Positions 41,335-53,959 are shown, counted from the first letter of the stretch. The stretch: DNA of 64,000 nucleotides from Thermodesulfobacteriota bacterium (GCA_965198945.1 CBDAQI010000001.1:128001-192000), one strand, 5' to 3'. The notes: generated from the letters alone by a model not told the origin. Made by a program: numbers and translations.

Positions 41335-41440
41335 CTACCAATTCAACTAGAGTTGAAGAAGCCTGACTATTTCCCTGTCATAAGACAGGGTGTTGTATTT
41401 GCCACAAACCCGACAAGCGGGACTCTGGTTGAGTTGGTAG
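41335..41440 (+). repeat. 106-bp element with 20-bp terminal inverted arms (structured RNA or MITE)
   Basis: CTACCAATTCAACTAGAGTT (41335-41354) pairs with GACTCTGGTTGAGTTGGTAG (41421-41440): 17 Watson-Crick + 3 G-U; internal hairpin CCCTGTC-ATAA-GACAGGG at 41373-41390. Confidence 0.75.
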
Positions 41441-41516
41441 AGGGGAAATGTCACAGAAGAGCTGTAAAATAATCAAGAGGATGTCTAACACGATATATAG
41501 TTACCAAGTTTTTGCC

Positions 41517-41545
41517 TTGACAAACCAATAAGACAATCCTAATAT
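41517..41545 (+). promoter_or_regulatory. Sigma70-type promoter
   Basis: TTGACA (41517-41522), 17-nt spacer, TAATAT (41540-41545). Confidence 0.7.
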
Positions 41546-41551
41546 TTGTCT

Positions 41552-41628
41552 GTAAAGTATTATAAAGCCCTCACGCATGACTCCATTATTGATTCTTTGG
41601 AAAATCTGCCCGAGGGCATTTCTTTATT
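41552..41628 (+). ncRNA. Candidate structured leader / small RNA upstream of the NYN gene
   Basis: GCCCTC (41567-41572)/GAGGGC (41612-41617) outer stem, GCA/TGC, GA/TC and TCCA/TGGA inner stems, then U-rich ATTTCTTTATT directly before ATG; no SD. Confidence 0.5.
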
Positions 41629-42305
41629 ATGCCAACAGCAGTTCTTGTTGATGCCGCATTTTTTCTGAATAGGTTGCCTAAAGTCTATTATAAAGATTTT
41701 TCGTCTCCGTATTCCTCAAATGACCCAAAGGCTGTTAGTAAAAAATTGCATGAGATGGCATTGTCTCATTTAAATCAAAGAGATTCAGAGAAAAAGCGAA
41801 GCCTTTACAGAATTATCGTGTATGACTGTCCACCACTTGAGAAAAGAGCGCATAAGCCTATAACCAAAGAAAACTTGACTTTTCAAGCACACCGGCCGCG
41901 CAATTCAGAAAAAAATTTCACGAAAAACTAAAGGGAATGAGGAAGGTAGCTCTCAGGCTTGGAAGTCTTTCAGATAAGAACAGGTGGATAATCAATTCCA
42001 ACAGAATTGGAAAAGTTTTGGATTGTAAGGAAAAACTTACCGACGATGATTTTATCTATGATGTGTCTCAAAAAGGCGTTGATATGAAGATAGGACTTGA
42101 CATCGCAAGTCTGTCTCTCAAAAAGCTTGTTGACCAAATCATTCTTGTTTCCGGAGATAGTGACTTTGTTCCGGCTGCAAAACTTGCCCGCCGAGAAGGT
42201 ATTGATTTTGTGCTTGACCCTATGTGGAGCCCTATCAATAGAGATTTGTATGAACATATAGATTGCTTGCATTCAACATGTCCTAAACCACCTATTTCAC
42301 AATGA
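41629..42305 (+). CDS. NYN (LabA/DUF88, PIN-like) domain ribonuclease; 1-nt frameshift at ~41870
   Basis: AVLVDAAF, YRIIVYDCPP, KVALRLG, QKGVDMKIGLDIAS, SGDSDFVPAAKLARREG; adding one A in GAAAAC joins ORFs 41629-41931 and 41937-42305; low GC. Confidence 0.88.
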
Positions 42306-42321
42306 AAACAAATTATTATTT

Positions 42322-44025
42322 TTAACCCTCCGCCAGCGCATTGTTATACGCCTCAATAACATCTCTTCTGGAAAGTATTCCCACAATCTTTTTTGACTCT
42401 TTTGATTCAACGACTGGGAGGATTTCGGCGGGCTTTTGTCCGAGGATTTTCACCACTTCGTAGAGATTGTCGTCCGGGCGGACGGTTGTTACTTCAAGAG
42501 TCGCAAACTCTTTCACCAGCAGCAAATCTTTCAAATCCTCCTGAAAAAGCCACTGACGGAAGTCCTGTATTGAAACTATACCTGACAGCATCCCCCCGGA
42601 ATCCACAATGGGGAAGGTGGTGAATCTGCTTTTCGGCAAATGCTCAATGAGTTTTCTCAAACTCGTATTTTCATCAATGGTTTCAATGTTTGTCCTCATC
42701 ACGTCTCTCACACGCAGTGAGTGCAGGTTTTCACTCTCTATGCCGCTGATTTCAACCCCCTCTTTTTTCAATTCAAGCATCTCTATTGACCCTCCGGCAA
42801 GCGCGCGTGCCAGCGTCCAGCTCGTAACCACACATGCCATTGCGGGCACTATGATTTGATAACTGTGGGTCATTTCCAGTATCAAAAATATGGAAGTCAG
42901 CGGAGCGTGCGTAATTGCGGCGAGAAACGCTCCCATGCCGACCGTCACACAGACCGCCGGAACATTGCCCGGAGCCGTCGTGAATGTTGAGACAAGCTTT
43001 GAAAACAACCCTCCGGTTGCGGCCCCCATGAATATGGCGGGGGCAAACAGCCCGCCCGGCCATCCGGAGCCCACGGTTACGGAAGTGGCGACGGGTTTGA
43101 GAAGAAAAATCAGAGCGAGCGGAACAAGAGCCAGTTCTCTTTTCAAAATTTCCTGCACATGTTCGTAGCCGTTGCCGAGTGTGTCGGGCGAAGCGATTGC
43201 CAGCCCGCCCAGAATCGCCGCGCCTGAGAAAAGACGCAATTTTCTGTCCCCTATTTTCAGAAAGAGGTTCTCGGTTGCGGAAAACATTTTTATAAAGCCC
43301 GTTGCGAGAACCCCGGTTACAATTCCGAGTGGCAGATAGAAAATTGCCAGTTCATGCAAATTAAAGGCCTGGCCGGAAAAATCCGGCATTTCAAAAACGG
43401 GTCTGTCTCCCCTGAGAAAATACGATACGGCGGTTGCGGTCGCAGACGATATGACGATTGGAATAAATGTGGCCGACCTCAGATTTCTCAGCAGAACTAT
43501 TTCTTCGGAAAACATCACTCCCGCAATCGGGGCATTGAAAGTTGCGGCAATTGCACCGGAAGTTCCGCATGCTATAAAAGTTCTGATGTTTGATTTGGAA
43601 AGCCCCATCCGCGCCCCTAAAGCGCTGCCGATGGCTCCGCCCGCCTGTGCTATAGGGCCCTCCTGCCCGGCGGAGCCGCCGAAGCCGAGTGTCACAACGG
43701 AGGCGACCGTGCGCGCAATCGCTTCGCGTCCTCTGATTATTCCGCTTCCGAGGTTGATTTGTTCAATAAATCTCGGAAAACCGAATCCCAGCAGGTCGGA
43801 GGGCGCAAAAGGGATTTTTGAGATTCCAAACAGCAGGGCCGCTCCGGCAAAAAGTGGTAGAAACAAACGGACACCGCCTTCTGCAAAGGGCTTGACCGCA
43901 AGTTCATACAGACTTTCATATGATGTTACAAACAGATGGTTGACAACTCCGGCGGCTATTCCTATCAGCACCGCGCCGGTTATGAGAATCGTCTGCTCTT
44001 TTGACACAGAGCCGTTTTTTTTCAT
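42322..44025 (-). CDS. ClC-family chloride channel/antiporter with C-terminal CBS domains
   Basis: GFGFP, GGSAGQEGP, FNAPIAG, GGLFAP, APLTS; CBS pair at the C-terminus. Confidence 0.93.
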   Translation of the reverse strand: MKKNGSVSKEQTILITGAVLIGIAAGVVNHLFVTSYESLYELAVKPFAEGGVRLFLPLFAGAALLFGISKIPFAPSDLLGFGFPRFIEQINLGSGIIRGREAIARTVASVVTLGFGGSAGQEGPIAQAGGAIGSALGARMGLSKSNIRTFIACGTSGAIAATFNAPIAGVMFSEEIVLLRNLRSATFIPIVISSATATAVSYFLRGDRPVFEMPDFSGQAFNLHELAIFYLPLGIVTGVLATGFIKMFSATENLFLKIGDRKLRLFSGAAILGGLAIASPDTLGNGYEHVQEILKRELALVPLALIFLLKPVATSVTVGSGWPGGLFAPAIFMGAATGGLFSKLVSTFTTAPGNVPAVCVTVGMGAFLAAITHAPLTSIFLILEMTHSYQIIVPAMACVVTSWTLARALAGGSIEMLELKKEGVEISGIESENLHSLRVRDVMRTNIETIDENTSLRKLIEHLPKSRFTTFPIVDSGGMLSGIVSIQDFRQWLFQEDLKDLLLVKEFATLEVTTVRPDDNLYEVVKILGQKPAEILPVVESKESKKIVGILSRRDVIEAYNNALAEG

Positions 44026-44111
44026 TTAAGCCCCGCCCGGCATTGACACCAAAACACCTTGATATAAAGTTTGTGCTGAAAATTTCCGCCTGCGGGCCGG
44101 ATGCCATACCA

Positions 44112-45395
44112 ATGACACAAGAAACCCTGCACGGCGCACAGCACTTATCCGTAACCGATTTTCTACTGATTTTATCCCTTGTGCTTGTTGCAGCCAAGTT
44201 TTTTGGTGAAATAGCTGAGCGTTTTAAGCAGTCGGCCGTTCTGGGGGAACTTCTGGCGGGTGTTGTTATGGGCGCGAGCGTTCTGGCCGTCATGCCCTCC
44301 TCACCGTCAGAGACGGGTTATCATACTTTCCATATTATTGCCGAACTCGCCGTTGTTGTGCTTCTCTTTGAGATAGGGCTTGAGACTAAATTAAAGGAAA
44401 TTTTGAAAGTCGGTCCCGTCTCGCTCCTTGTCGCAATTATTGGAATTGCAGCTCCTTTCTCTCTGGGTTTTATTTCCGTTTACGCGCTTGCCGCTTACGA
44501 GATCATGGGACTCGGCGGAGACGGCACTTTTCTCATCGCGGTAACCGTCGGAGCGACTTTAACGGCGACAAGTGTGGGAATAACGGCAAGGGTTCTCTCG
44601 GATTTGAACCAGCTCGGCTCTCCCGAATCAAAGATCATAATCGGAGCGGCGGTCATAGATGACGTGGTGGGTCTTATAATACTGAGTATTGTGAGCGGCC
44701 TCATACAGGCTCAGGGTGCTGCGGGAGCAGTCTCTTTCTCCCACATTGCGCTTATTACCGGAAAAGCTTTTGGTTTTCTGTTTCTGGCGGTTTTTCTGGG
44801 CAATCTTGTGGTTGTCAGGGTTTTCTCTTTGCTTGAACGCCTCAAAGGCAGGGGAATTCTGACGGTTGCCGCTCTTTGCATCGCTTTTTTCTATGCATAT
44901 GCGGGACAGTATTTTGCGGGTGTGGCTCCGATAGTGGGAGCGTTTGCGGCGGGTCTTGTTATCAGAAAAACACCTCATTTTCAGACGGTTGAGGCCGGTG
45001 TGAGAAACATTTCGGATTTTCTCGTCCCGGTATTTTTTGTCGCGGTCGGAGCCCAGGTGGACGTGGGGGTTCTCAACCCGCTGTCCGATGGCAACTCTCA
45101 AGTGCTTGCCGTGGCTGTGGCGCTGTTTGTTGTGGCTTTTGCGGGCAAATACGTTAGTTCTCTCGTGGCTTTCGGTTCCGGCATAAGAAAAAACATTGTG
45201 GGAATAGGTATGATACCGCGCGGGGAAGTGGGCTTGATTTTTGCGCAGATTGGCTACAATAACGGAAACGGAGTTTTTGATAAAAGATTTTTTTCGGCGA
45301 TTGTATTGACGGTTATGCTTACAACTTTTGTAGTGCCTCCTTTATTGCAGAGGGGTTTCGGGAAAACTTCAGGTGATTCGGAACCGGTTTCATAG
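44112..45395 (+). CDS. Cation:proton antiporter (CPA2/NapA-like)
   Basis: LFEIGLE, ATSVGIT, AAVIDDV, GAFAAG, PVFFV, GMIPRGEVGL. Confidence 0.92.
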   Translation: MTQETLHGAQHLSVTDFLLILSLVLVAAKFFGEIAERFKQSAVLGELLAGVVMGASVLAVMPSSPSETGYHTFHIIAELAVVVLLFEIGLETKLKEILKVGPVSLLVAIIGIAAPFSLGFISVYALAAYEIMGLGGDGTFLIAVTVGATLTATSVGITARVLSDLNQLGSPESKIIIGAAVIDDVVGLIILSIVSGLIQAQGAAGAVSFSHIALITGKAFGFLFLAVFLGNLVVVRVFSLLERLKGRGILTVAALCIAFFYAYAGQYFAGVAPIVGAFAAGLVIRKTPHFQTVEAGVRNISDFLVPVFFVAVGAQVDVGVLNPLSDGNSQVLAVAVALFVVAFAGKYVSSLVAFGSGIRKNIVGIGMIPRGEVGLIFAQIGYNNGNGVFDKRFFSAIVLTVMLTTFVVPPLLQRGFGKTSGDSEPVS

Positions 45396-45431
45396 CGGTT
45401 TTTGATACTTCCCATAAGCACGGGAAACATT

Positions 45432-45932
45432 ATGAGATTTTTTATTACGGTAATATTTTCGGCCTTTGCTCTCGGTTCGCCGCGTGTTTTTGCCGCGGAT
45501 GATCTGATAACGGCGGACAAAACGCTGTTTGTGCAGTTTGCCATTTTTCTTGTCGCTCTTTATCTGCTGAATATTCTGTTCTTCAGGCCCCTTGTGGAAC
45601 TTGCCGACAGAAGAGAGAAAGCGACTTCTGGATCAGGGAAAGAGGCGGACGAGCTTGTGAAAAAAGCCGAGGAGATGACCGGGCAATACAGCGCCGCCCT
45701 CAGCGAAGCCAGAAATGCTGCCCTTGAAGAGAGGGCTCGCATCACGAAGTCCGCTCTCGCCGAGGCGGAGAAAATAGTTTTTTCGGCGAGGGAAGAGGCT
45801 CACAGTATTTTTGAAAAACGCGCCGCCGAGCTTTCCGTTCAGACCGAAAAAGCGAGAGCGGAGATGAAGTCGGAAGTGGAAACTATGACGGCGATGATAG
45901 TTCAGGCCGTGGAGGAACCGAAAGATGTTTGA
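45432..45932 (+). CDS. ATP synthase F0 subunit b'
   Basis: DKTLFVQFAIFL..L..LFFRPL...RR followed by a coiled coil; first gene of the atp cluster. Confidence 0.85.
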   Translation: MRFFITVIFSAFALGSPRVFAADDLITADKTLFVQFAIFLVALYLLNILFFRPLVELADRREKATSGSGKEADELVKKAEEMTGQYSAALSEARNAALEERARITKSALAEAEKIVFSAREEAHSIFEKRAAELSVQTEKARAEMKSEVETMTAMIVQAVEEPKDV

Positions 45933-46479
45933 AGTCAACCTGCTTGCGGCCGCCGGTGGGGCTGCCGGTTCAGGGGTTCATTTTGACTGGGTGTATGTGG
46001 GCAAGCACGCTCTCAACCTTGCTATTCTTTTGGGCGCGCTTTTCTACCTTCTCAAAGACCCGGTTTCAAATTTTATGAAATCCCGCAGACGGGCAATGTC
46101 GGAGAAATTTGAAGAGTCGGGAAGAAAGCTGAACGAGGCAAAAAAACTTTTTGAAGAATGCTCAGCAAAGCTTGAGGCCCTCAAATCCGAGACGGATTCC
46201 ATCAAATCATCAATTATTTCCAGGGGTGAAAGGGAGAGAGAGGCAATTCTGCAACACGCGCGCGAGGAGAGGGAGGCGATACTGGGGGATGTTGAAAACA
46301 ACCTTGAACTTGCGGTCGCAAACTCAAAAGCGGAAATAAGAACGGAGACGATTGCCGCTGCGGTTGAAGCGGCCGGCCGGGTTTTGAAACAGAGGGCTCC
46401 GTCGGGCGGGAGTTCGGTTCCGGTCAAAACTTTTGAGACTCTTTTGAAGGAGGGCAAATGGCTTCATTCGCAAAATTGA
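45925..46479 (+). CDS. atpF: ATP synthase F0 subunit b
   Basis: NLAILLGALFYLLKDP...R TM anchor plus coiled coil. Confidence 0.85.
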   Translation: MFEVNLLAAAGGAAGSGVHFDWVYVGKHALNLAILLGALFYLLKDPVSNFMKSRRRAMSEKFEESGRKLNEAKKLFEECSAKLEALKSETDSIKSSIISRGEREREAILQHAREEREAILGDVENNLELAVANSKAEIRTETIAAAVEAAGRVLKQRAPSGGSSVPVKTFETLLKEGKWLHSQN

Positions 46480-47003
46480 AAAATTTGGTTGATGCTCTTG
46501 TGTCGTCTTGCGGTGACTCGGAGCAATCTCTTGAAGACTGCGTATCGGGTCTTGAGATTTTTTTCGGTAACATTGAAAGTCACCCGTCTCTGAAAAAAGC
46601 TCTTGAGAGCCCGGTCATAAAGCCCGAAGAAAAAATTCTGATTGTGAAGGATATTTGCACCGCGCGTGGTTTTCCCGCAATCCTGCAAAATTTTCTCGCG
46701 GCGGTTGCCGGGTTTGACAGACTCAAACCCCTTTACGCCCGCCGCCGTGAAGTTCTGGAAAAGCTCCGCGCCTCGTCCGGCTCAGTGAGAGCGGCGGTTA
46801 CGGTCGCACGTCCCATGAGCACTGAGGACGAACACCGCGTAAGGGATGCGGTGTCGCTTCTTGCGCAGGGACGAAAATCAGAGGTTGAGTTCACCGAAGA
46901 TTCGGAGATAATAGGCGGGATAATTGTGAGGATTGGAAACAGTGTTTACGATGACAGTGTCAAAACACATCTGGCAAAGATGAGCGCTTTGCTCTCAAAA
47001 TAG
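46458..47003 (+). CDS. atpH: ATP synthase F1 delta subunit
   Basis: L.SP....EEK, NFL, D.EIIGGIIVRIG..VYD.SVK. Confidence 0.88.
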   Translation: MASFAKLKNLVDALVSSCGDSEQSLEDCVSGLEIFFGNIESHPSLKKALESPVIKPEEKILIVKDICTARGFPAILQNFLAAVAGFDRLKPLYARRREVLEKLRASSGSVRAAVTVARPMSTEDEHRVRDAVSLLAQGRKSEVEFTEDSEIIGGIIVRIGNSVYDDSVKTHLAKMSALLSK

Positions 47004-47033
47004 GCGCCGCCTGAAAAACCAAAGGAGATAAAA

Positions 47034-48563
47034 ATGCAAGACAGCATCAAAGTTGACGACATAGGCGAAATACTCAGAAAAAGAATAAGCGGTTACGAGC
47101 GCAGTTTTGAGACTTCCGAGGTTGGAACCGTTGTTTCGGTCGGAGACGGTATCGCCAGGGTTTACGGTCTTGACAACGCGGTCGCGGGCGAGCTTGTGGA
47201 TTTTCCGGGCGGCATAAAAGGACTTGTTCTCAACCTTGAGGAAGACAATGTCGGAGTGGCGCTGTTTGGCGAGGAAAAGGAAGTCAACCAGGGAGATGTC
47301 GTAAAACGCACGGGCACTATCGCTCAAATTCCGGTCGGTGAAGCCATGCTCGGAAGGGTTGTGAACTCTCTCGGAGTTCCGGTGGACGGCAAGGGAGAAA
47401 TTCAGACATCCGAGGTGAGAAACCTTGAGATAAAGGCTCCGGGTGTTGTTTTCAGAAAATCCGTCAACCAGCCTCTCCAGACCGGCATAAAGGCGATTGA
47501 TTCAATGATACCAATCGGAAGAGGGCAGAGAGAGCTTATTCTCGGTGACAGACAGACGGGCAAAACCGCGATTGCGATTGACACCATAATCAACCAGAAA
47601 GGCGGCGATGTCAGTTGTATATATGTTGCCATCGGGCAGAAAAAGTCCAATGTGGCCCAAGTCGTGGACAAACTCAAGCAGCACGGCGCTATGGAGTATA
47701 CGACCGTTGTCACGGCTTCCGCAAGCGAGCCGGCACCTTTCCAGTTTATAGCTCCGTATTCGGGCTGTGCTCTCGGAGAATACTTCAGAGACAACGGAAA
47801 ACACGCTCTTGTAATTTACGATGACCTCACAAAACACGCATGGGCCTACAGGCAGCTTTCTCTTCTGCTCAAACGCCCTCCGGGCCGCGAAGCGTATCCG
47901 GGGGATGTTTTCTACCTGCATTCACGCCTTCTTGAACGCGCGGCGAAAACGAGAGATGAAGACGGCGGCGGTTCGCTTACCGCTCTTCCCATAATTGAAA
48001 CTCAGGCGGGAGATGTTTCCGCCTACATACCCACAAACGTTATATCCATAACCGACGGTCAGATATATCTTGAGAGCAACCTTTTCTATTCGGGAGTGAG
48101 GCCCGCGATTAACGTCGGGCTTTCAGTTTCAAGGGTCGGCGGTTCCGCTCAGGTAAAAGCCATGAAAAAAGTCGCAGGAACCCTGCGTCTTGAACTGGCC
48201 CAATACAGGGAGGTTGAGGCGTTTTCCCAGTTTGCATCAGACCTTGACAAAATCACCCAGGATCAGCTCTCCAGAGGTGAGCGGCTGGTTGAAATTTTAA
48301 AACAGGATCAGTTCGTTCCGCTTCCCGTTGAAAAACAGGTGCTTTCAATATTCGCCGTCACAAAGGGGTATCTGGATGAACACCCCGTCTCTTCGGTGCG
48401 TGTGTATGAAAAAGAGCTTTTTGATTTCTTTGAATCAAAGCACAAAGGCCTTCTTGATGAGATCAGGGACAAAAAGGAAATATCAGCCGAGCTTGAGCCC
48501 CGCGTTATAGAGGCTCTTGATGAATTGAAACCGCAGACCGCAAATCTGTCCGAAGCCGGGTGA
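47034..48563 (+). CDS. atpA: ATP synthase F1 alpha subunit
   Basis: [40 protein letters not shown]. Confidence 0.99.
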   Translation: MQDSIKVDDIGEILRKRISGYERSFETSEVGTVVSVGDGIARVYGLDNAVAGELVDFPGGIKGLVLNLEEDNVGVALFGEEKEVNQGDVVKRTGTIAQIPVGEAMLGRVVNSLGVPVDGKGEIQTSEVRNLEIKAPGVVFRKSVNQPLQTGIKAIDSMIPIGRGQRELILGDRQTGKTAIAIDTIINQKGGDVSCIYVAIGQKKSNVAQVVDKLKQHGAMEYTTVVTASASEPAPFQFIAPYSGCALGEYFRDNGKHALVIYDDLTKHAWAYRQLSLLLKRPPGREAYPGDVFYLHSRLLERAAKTRDEDGGGSLTALPIIETQAGDVSAYIPTNVISITDGQIYLESNLFYSGVRPAINVGLSVSRVGGSAQVKAMKKVAGTLRLELAQYREVEAFSQFASDLDKITQDQLSRGERLVEILKQDQFVPLPVEKQVLSIFAVTKGYLDEHPVSSVRVYEKELFDFFESKHKGLLDEIRDKKEISAELEPRVIEALDELKPQTANLSEAG

Positions 48564-48573
48564 GAATTGTAAA

Positions 48574-50854
<2,281 letters not shown>

Positions 50855-50883
50855 TGACGGGAATCCCGAAGCGGTAAGGTACT

Positions 50884-51165
50884 TTGGCAAGCGAAACACT
50901 AACACTGAAGGTTATCACTCCGTCCGGGCTCGCCCTTGAGGAGGTTGTTGAAAGCGTTGTTCTCAAAGGCGATTTGGGAGAATTCGGTATTCTTGCGGGA
51001 CACGTTCCGATGGTGTCAACTCTTATTGAGGGTGAAATCAGGTATGTGAACTCAGAGGGTGAAAAAACCTTTCTCTCAGGAGGAGGCATTGCCGAAGTCG
51101 GCGGCGATGACACGGTAACGGTTCTCACACAGCTTCCGGAAAAAACCGACCCTGCTGACGCCTGA
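50884..51165 (+). CDS. atpC: ATP synthase F1 epsilon subunit (short form)
   Basis: L.VITP, GEFGILAGHVP, SGG.AEV; 93 aa. Confidence 0.9.
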   Translation: MASETLTLKVITPSGLALEEVVESVVLKGDLGEFGILAGHVPMVSTLIEGEIRYVNSEGEKTFLSGGGIAEVGGDDTVTVLTQLPEKTDPADA

Positions 51166-51308
51166 AAACCAAATATCAAACATTCGGGGAAATCGTTGCG
51201 GGTTTAAGGATTTTTCTTTTTCGTCGGGGAACAAAAAACCTGACATAAATAATTTACGTCCGGTTTTTTAAGGAGGGCAGGAGGAGAGGTTTTCCCCTCT
51301 TTACAACT

Positions 51309-53765
51309 TCATCCGCACTTTGAATAACCGCATGATTTGCAGGCAACGCAACCGGACTCAAAGGCAAGTGACGGGCTGTCGCATTCCGGGCAGCGGGCAA
51401 GGTGTTTGTCTTTTGGAGAGGCTGAGGTTGTGTCAGTTCCAACAAAATGACTTTTGAGCACTGCGGCGACCGCATCCGGTATTGACATAACCAGTTTTCC
51501 CTCGGAAAACACCGGCGAATCTCCGCCGATTCCTTCAAGTTGCTCCACAATCTGTTTTGGATCAATGCCGGCTCTCAGACCGAGAGACGCGAGCCTTCCG
51601 ATTGCCTCTGCGTCCGCCATTGTTGTGTAGCCGGACTTGCCTATCTGGACAAAAACCTCAAATGGTTTTCCTTCAAAGGTGTTGACGGTAACATAGAGGT
51701 TACCGTGCCCGGTGCGCACGACTTCGGTAAAGCCGTTCAACACCTGAGGTCTTTCCTTTTTCTCCGCAGCGGCTTTTTTTGAGGGATGAGGAGACGAGGT
51801 GAGGTTGGGGTGAGTGGCTTGTAGAATCTCCCCATCCCTATCTTTTGTTTCAGCCTGCTGCTCGGTTATCAGGATGCCTTCTCTGGAACCTTCTCTGTAG
51901 ATGGTTATACCTTTGCATCCGGTTTTCCACGACTGGAAGTAGATTTTTTCAACTTCTTCCGGAGACGCATCATTCGGAAGATTGACTGTGCTTGATATGC
52001 ATGAATCTATGTGTTTTTGTATGGTCCCCTGCATTCGGACTCTGAACTCCGGCTTGATTTCGTGTGATGTGACGAATATTTCCGGCAACCCCTCTTCGTC
52101 GGAGAGGCCGAACTTATCCATATAGGAGCCGACCAGGGGGTGGTAAACCTTGAACTGCTCTTTTGAGAGAGACTCGGACCTCCTGAAGTATGAAAGGGCG
52201 AATATAGGTTCTATGCCGCTGGAAGTTCCGGCGAGAACGGAACCGCTTCCCACCGGGGGAACGGTCAGTATGCATGCGTTTCTCAACCCTTTTTCCTTAA
52301 CAGCCTTAAGCACGTCCGGATCCAGAGAGTCAAGAAAAGGACTTTTGAAATGTTTTTTCGGATCGTAAGCGGGGAAACCTCCTTTTTCTTCGGCGATTTG
52401 TGAACTGGACAGATAGACCGTGTTTTTTATGTGGCCAAAGAGCTCGTCGGTAAACTCTATCGCTTCTTCAGAGTCATATTTTTTGCCGAGCTTGGCCATC
52501 ATGTCGCCAAATCCGGTAAAGCCCACGCCTATGCGCCTTGAAAGCTGCGAGGCTTCGGTCTGAAAACCCAACGGGTGTTTCTTTTCATTGTAGTCCAGTA
52601 TGTTGTCAAGAAAGCGCACGGAATAGTGAAGAGACCTATCAAGACTTCCCCAGTCAACTCGCGCGTTTTTTGTGAATTCGTCTTTTACGAACAGACTGAG
52701 GTTGATGTTGCCGAGGCAGCAGTTTCCATAGTTCTCAAGCGCCTGTTCACTGCAGGGATTGACCCCTTCAACTTCCATTCCGCCGTATTCGGTCGGAGAG
52801 AATCGTTTGACCGCGTCCCAGAAAATCAGGCCGGGCTCCGCAGAAGACCAGGCGGAACTTACAAGCCTCCGCCATATTTTCCTCGCCTTGACGGTTTTTC
52901 TCATCCGCACTTTGTCGTTTTCATACTTAAGGTCAAAATCCCCGTCTTCTTCAACCGCCTTCATAAATTTGTCCGAAACCTTCACCGATATGTTTGCAAA
53001 TTTCACCTGAGACCTTTCTTCGTCGTCTTTTATGTCAAGAAAGTCAAAGATATCCGGGTGGCTGACATCTATTGTTATCATCAGCGCTCCCCTTCTTCCC
53101 GCCTGTCCTATTGTCCCGGTTGTGGTGGAAAGCAGTTCCATGAATGAGACTGATCCGGTGGAGTGAATGGCGGAGTTGTTCACGGGCGCTCCCTTGGGTC
53201 TCAAAACGGAAATATCCGTTCCCACGCCGCCACCGAAAGAGTAAGTTCTCGCCGCTTCCTTGCACCACTCAAAGATCCCCTCTATGGAATCTTCTTTTAT
53301 GGGCATAAAGTAGCAGTTCAGAAGAGTTGAGCGTCTTGTCTGACCGGCTCCGAAAAGCACCCTTCCTCCGGGCACAAAGCGGAAGTTTGACAAAAGCCAG
53401 TAAAATTTCTCCGTCCACTCATCTCTGAGTTCCTGTGTTTTCTCCGGAGACGCCATTTCCCTTGCAACCCGCTCCCACATCTGTTCCGGCAGGGTTTCAA
53501 CCACGTCTCCATCTTCGTCCTTGAGTGCGTATTTTTCGTAGAAAACTCTTGCGCGGAGCTCGTCTCCGCCAAAGGCTTCAACCGTTTCCTTAGGGAGCTC
53601 TTCGGGCTGTTCATCCACAACCAGCCTCGGGACATCGGGCTTTTCCTCGTTCACAAAAACGGTATCGTTTGAAAGAGACTTTGTCGGCAATTCAAATATG
53701 TTGCCGCTTTCTTTTGCCGTTTCTTCGCCTTCAATGTTGCCGTTTTCCGTTTTTTCAGAGGACAT
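51309..53765 (-). CDS. nrdJ: Adenosylcobalamin-dependent (class II) ribonucleotide reductase
   Basis: PGGR, LLNC, GRRGA.M, AEPG, NPCSEQ, C.LG.INL, R.IG.GF.G, TSSGIEP, KGITIYR.GSR; C-terminal TSCPD domain and CPEC..C..CGYSKC. Confidence 0.95.
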   Translation of the reverse strand: MSSEKTENGNIEGEETAKESGNIFELPTKSLSNDTVFVNEEKPDVPRLVVDEQPEELPKETVEAFGGDELRARVFYEKYALKDEDGDVVETLPEQMWERVAREMASPEKTQELRDEWTEKFYWLLSNFRFVPGGRVLFGAGQTRRSTLLNCYFMPIKEDSIEGIFEWCKEAARTYSFGGGVGTDISVLRPKGAPVNNSAIHSTGSVSFMELLSTTTGTIGQAGRRGALMITIDVSHPDIFDFLDIKDDEERSQVKFANISVKVSDKFMKAVEEDGDFDLKYENDKVRMRKTVKARKIWRRLVSSAWSSAEPGLIFWDAVKRFSPTEYGGMEVEGVNPCSEQALENYGNCCLGNINLSLFVKDEFTKNARVDWGSLDRSLHYSVRFLDNILDYNEKKHPLGFQTEASQLSRRIGVGFTGFGDMMAKLGKKYDSEEAIEFTDELFGHIKNTVYLSSSQIAEEKGGFPAYDPKKHFKSPFLDSLDPDVLKAVKEKGLRNACILTVPPVGSGSVLAGTSSGIEPIFALSYFRRSESLSKEQFKVYHPLVGSYMDKFGLSDEEGLPEIFVTSHEIKPEFRVRMQGTIQKHIDSCISSTVNLPNDASPEEVEKIYFQSWKTGCKGITIYREGSREGILITEQQAETKDRDGEILQATHPNLTSSPHPSKKAAAEKKERPQVLNGFTEVVRTGHGNLYVTVNTFEGKPFEVFVQIGKSGYTTMADAEAIGRLASLGLRAGIDPKQIVEQLEGIGGDSPVFSEGKLVMSIPDAVAAVLKSHFVGTDTTSASPKDKHLARCPECDSPSLAFESGCVACKSCGYSKCG

Positions 53766-53821
53766 TGTCTTTTCCCTTATCTCCTTATCGTTTTTCTCTG
53801 CCGAGCGACAACCGTAGCTGT

Positions 53822-53869
53822 TTCCATATCTGGTGTCACAAGGGATATTAGGATACCATATATTGTGGT
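53822..53869 (-). promoter_or_regulatory. Tandem NrdR boxes upstream of nrdJ
   Basis: Minus-strand ACCACAATATATGGTA (53854-53869) and GACACCAGATATGGAA (53822-53837), 32 bp apart, resembling acaCwAtATaTwGtg; TTGACT adjoins the distal box. Confidence 0.7.
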
Positions 53870-53959
53870 AAGTCAAGAGATATTCGGACGAAAAACGGAA
53901 ATTTTTTGAAAATTTCTTTATTTGAAGGGCTTAAGCGTGAATACTTACATAACACTTTC

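Noticed and set aside
41341..41434. Integron attC site (ATTCAAC ... GTTGAGT fit RYYYAAC/GTTRRRY)
   Set aside because: The stem pairs continuously through and beyond the core sites, with no unpaired spacer or L boxes; no integrase or cassette array is present
41335..42305. Retron msr-msd with a NYN effector
   Set aside because: The inverted arms resemble a1/a2, but no reverse transcriptase is encoded in the window
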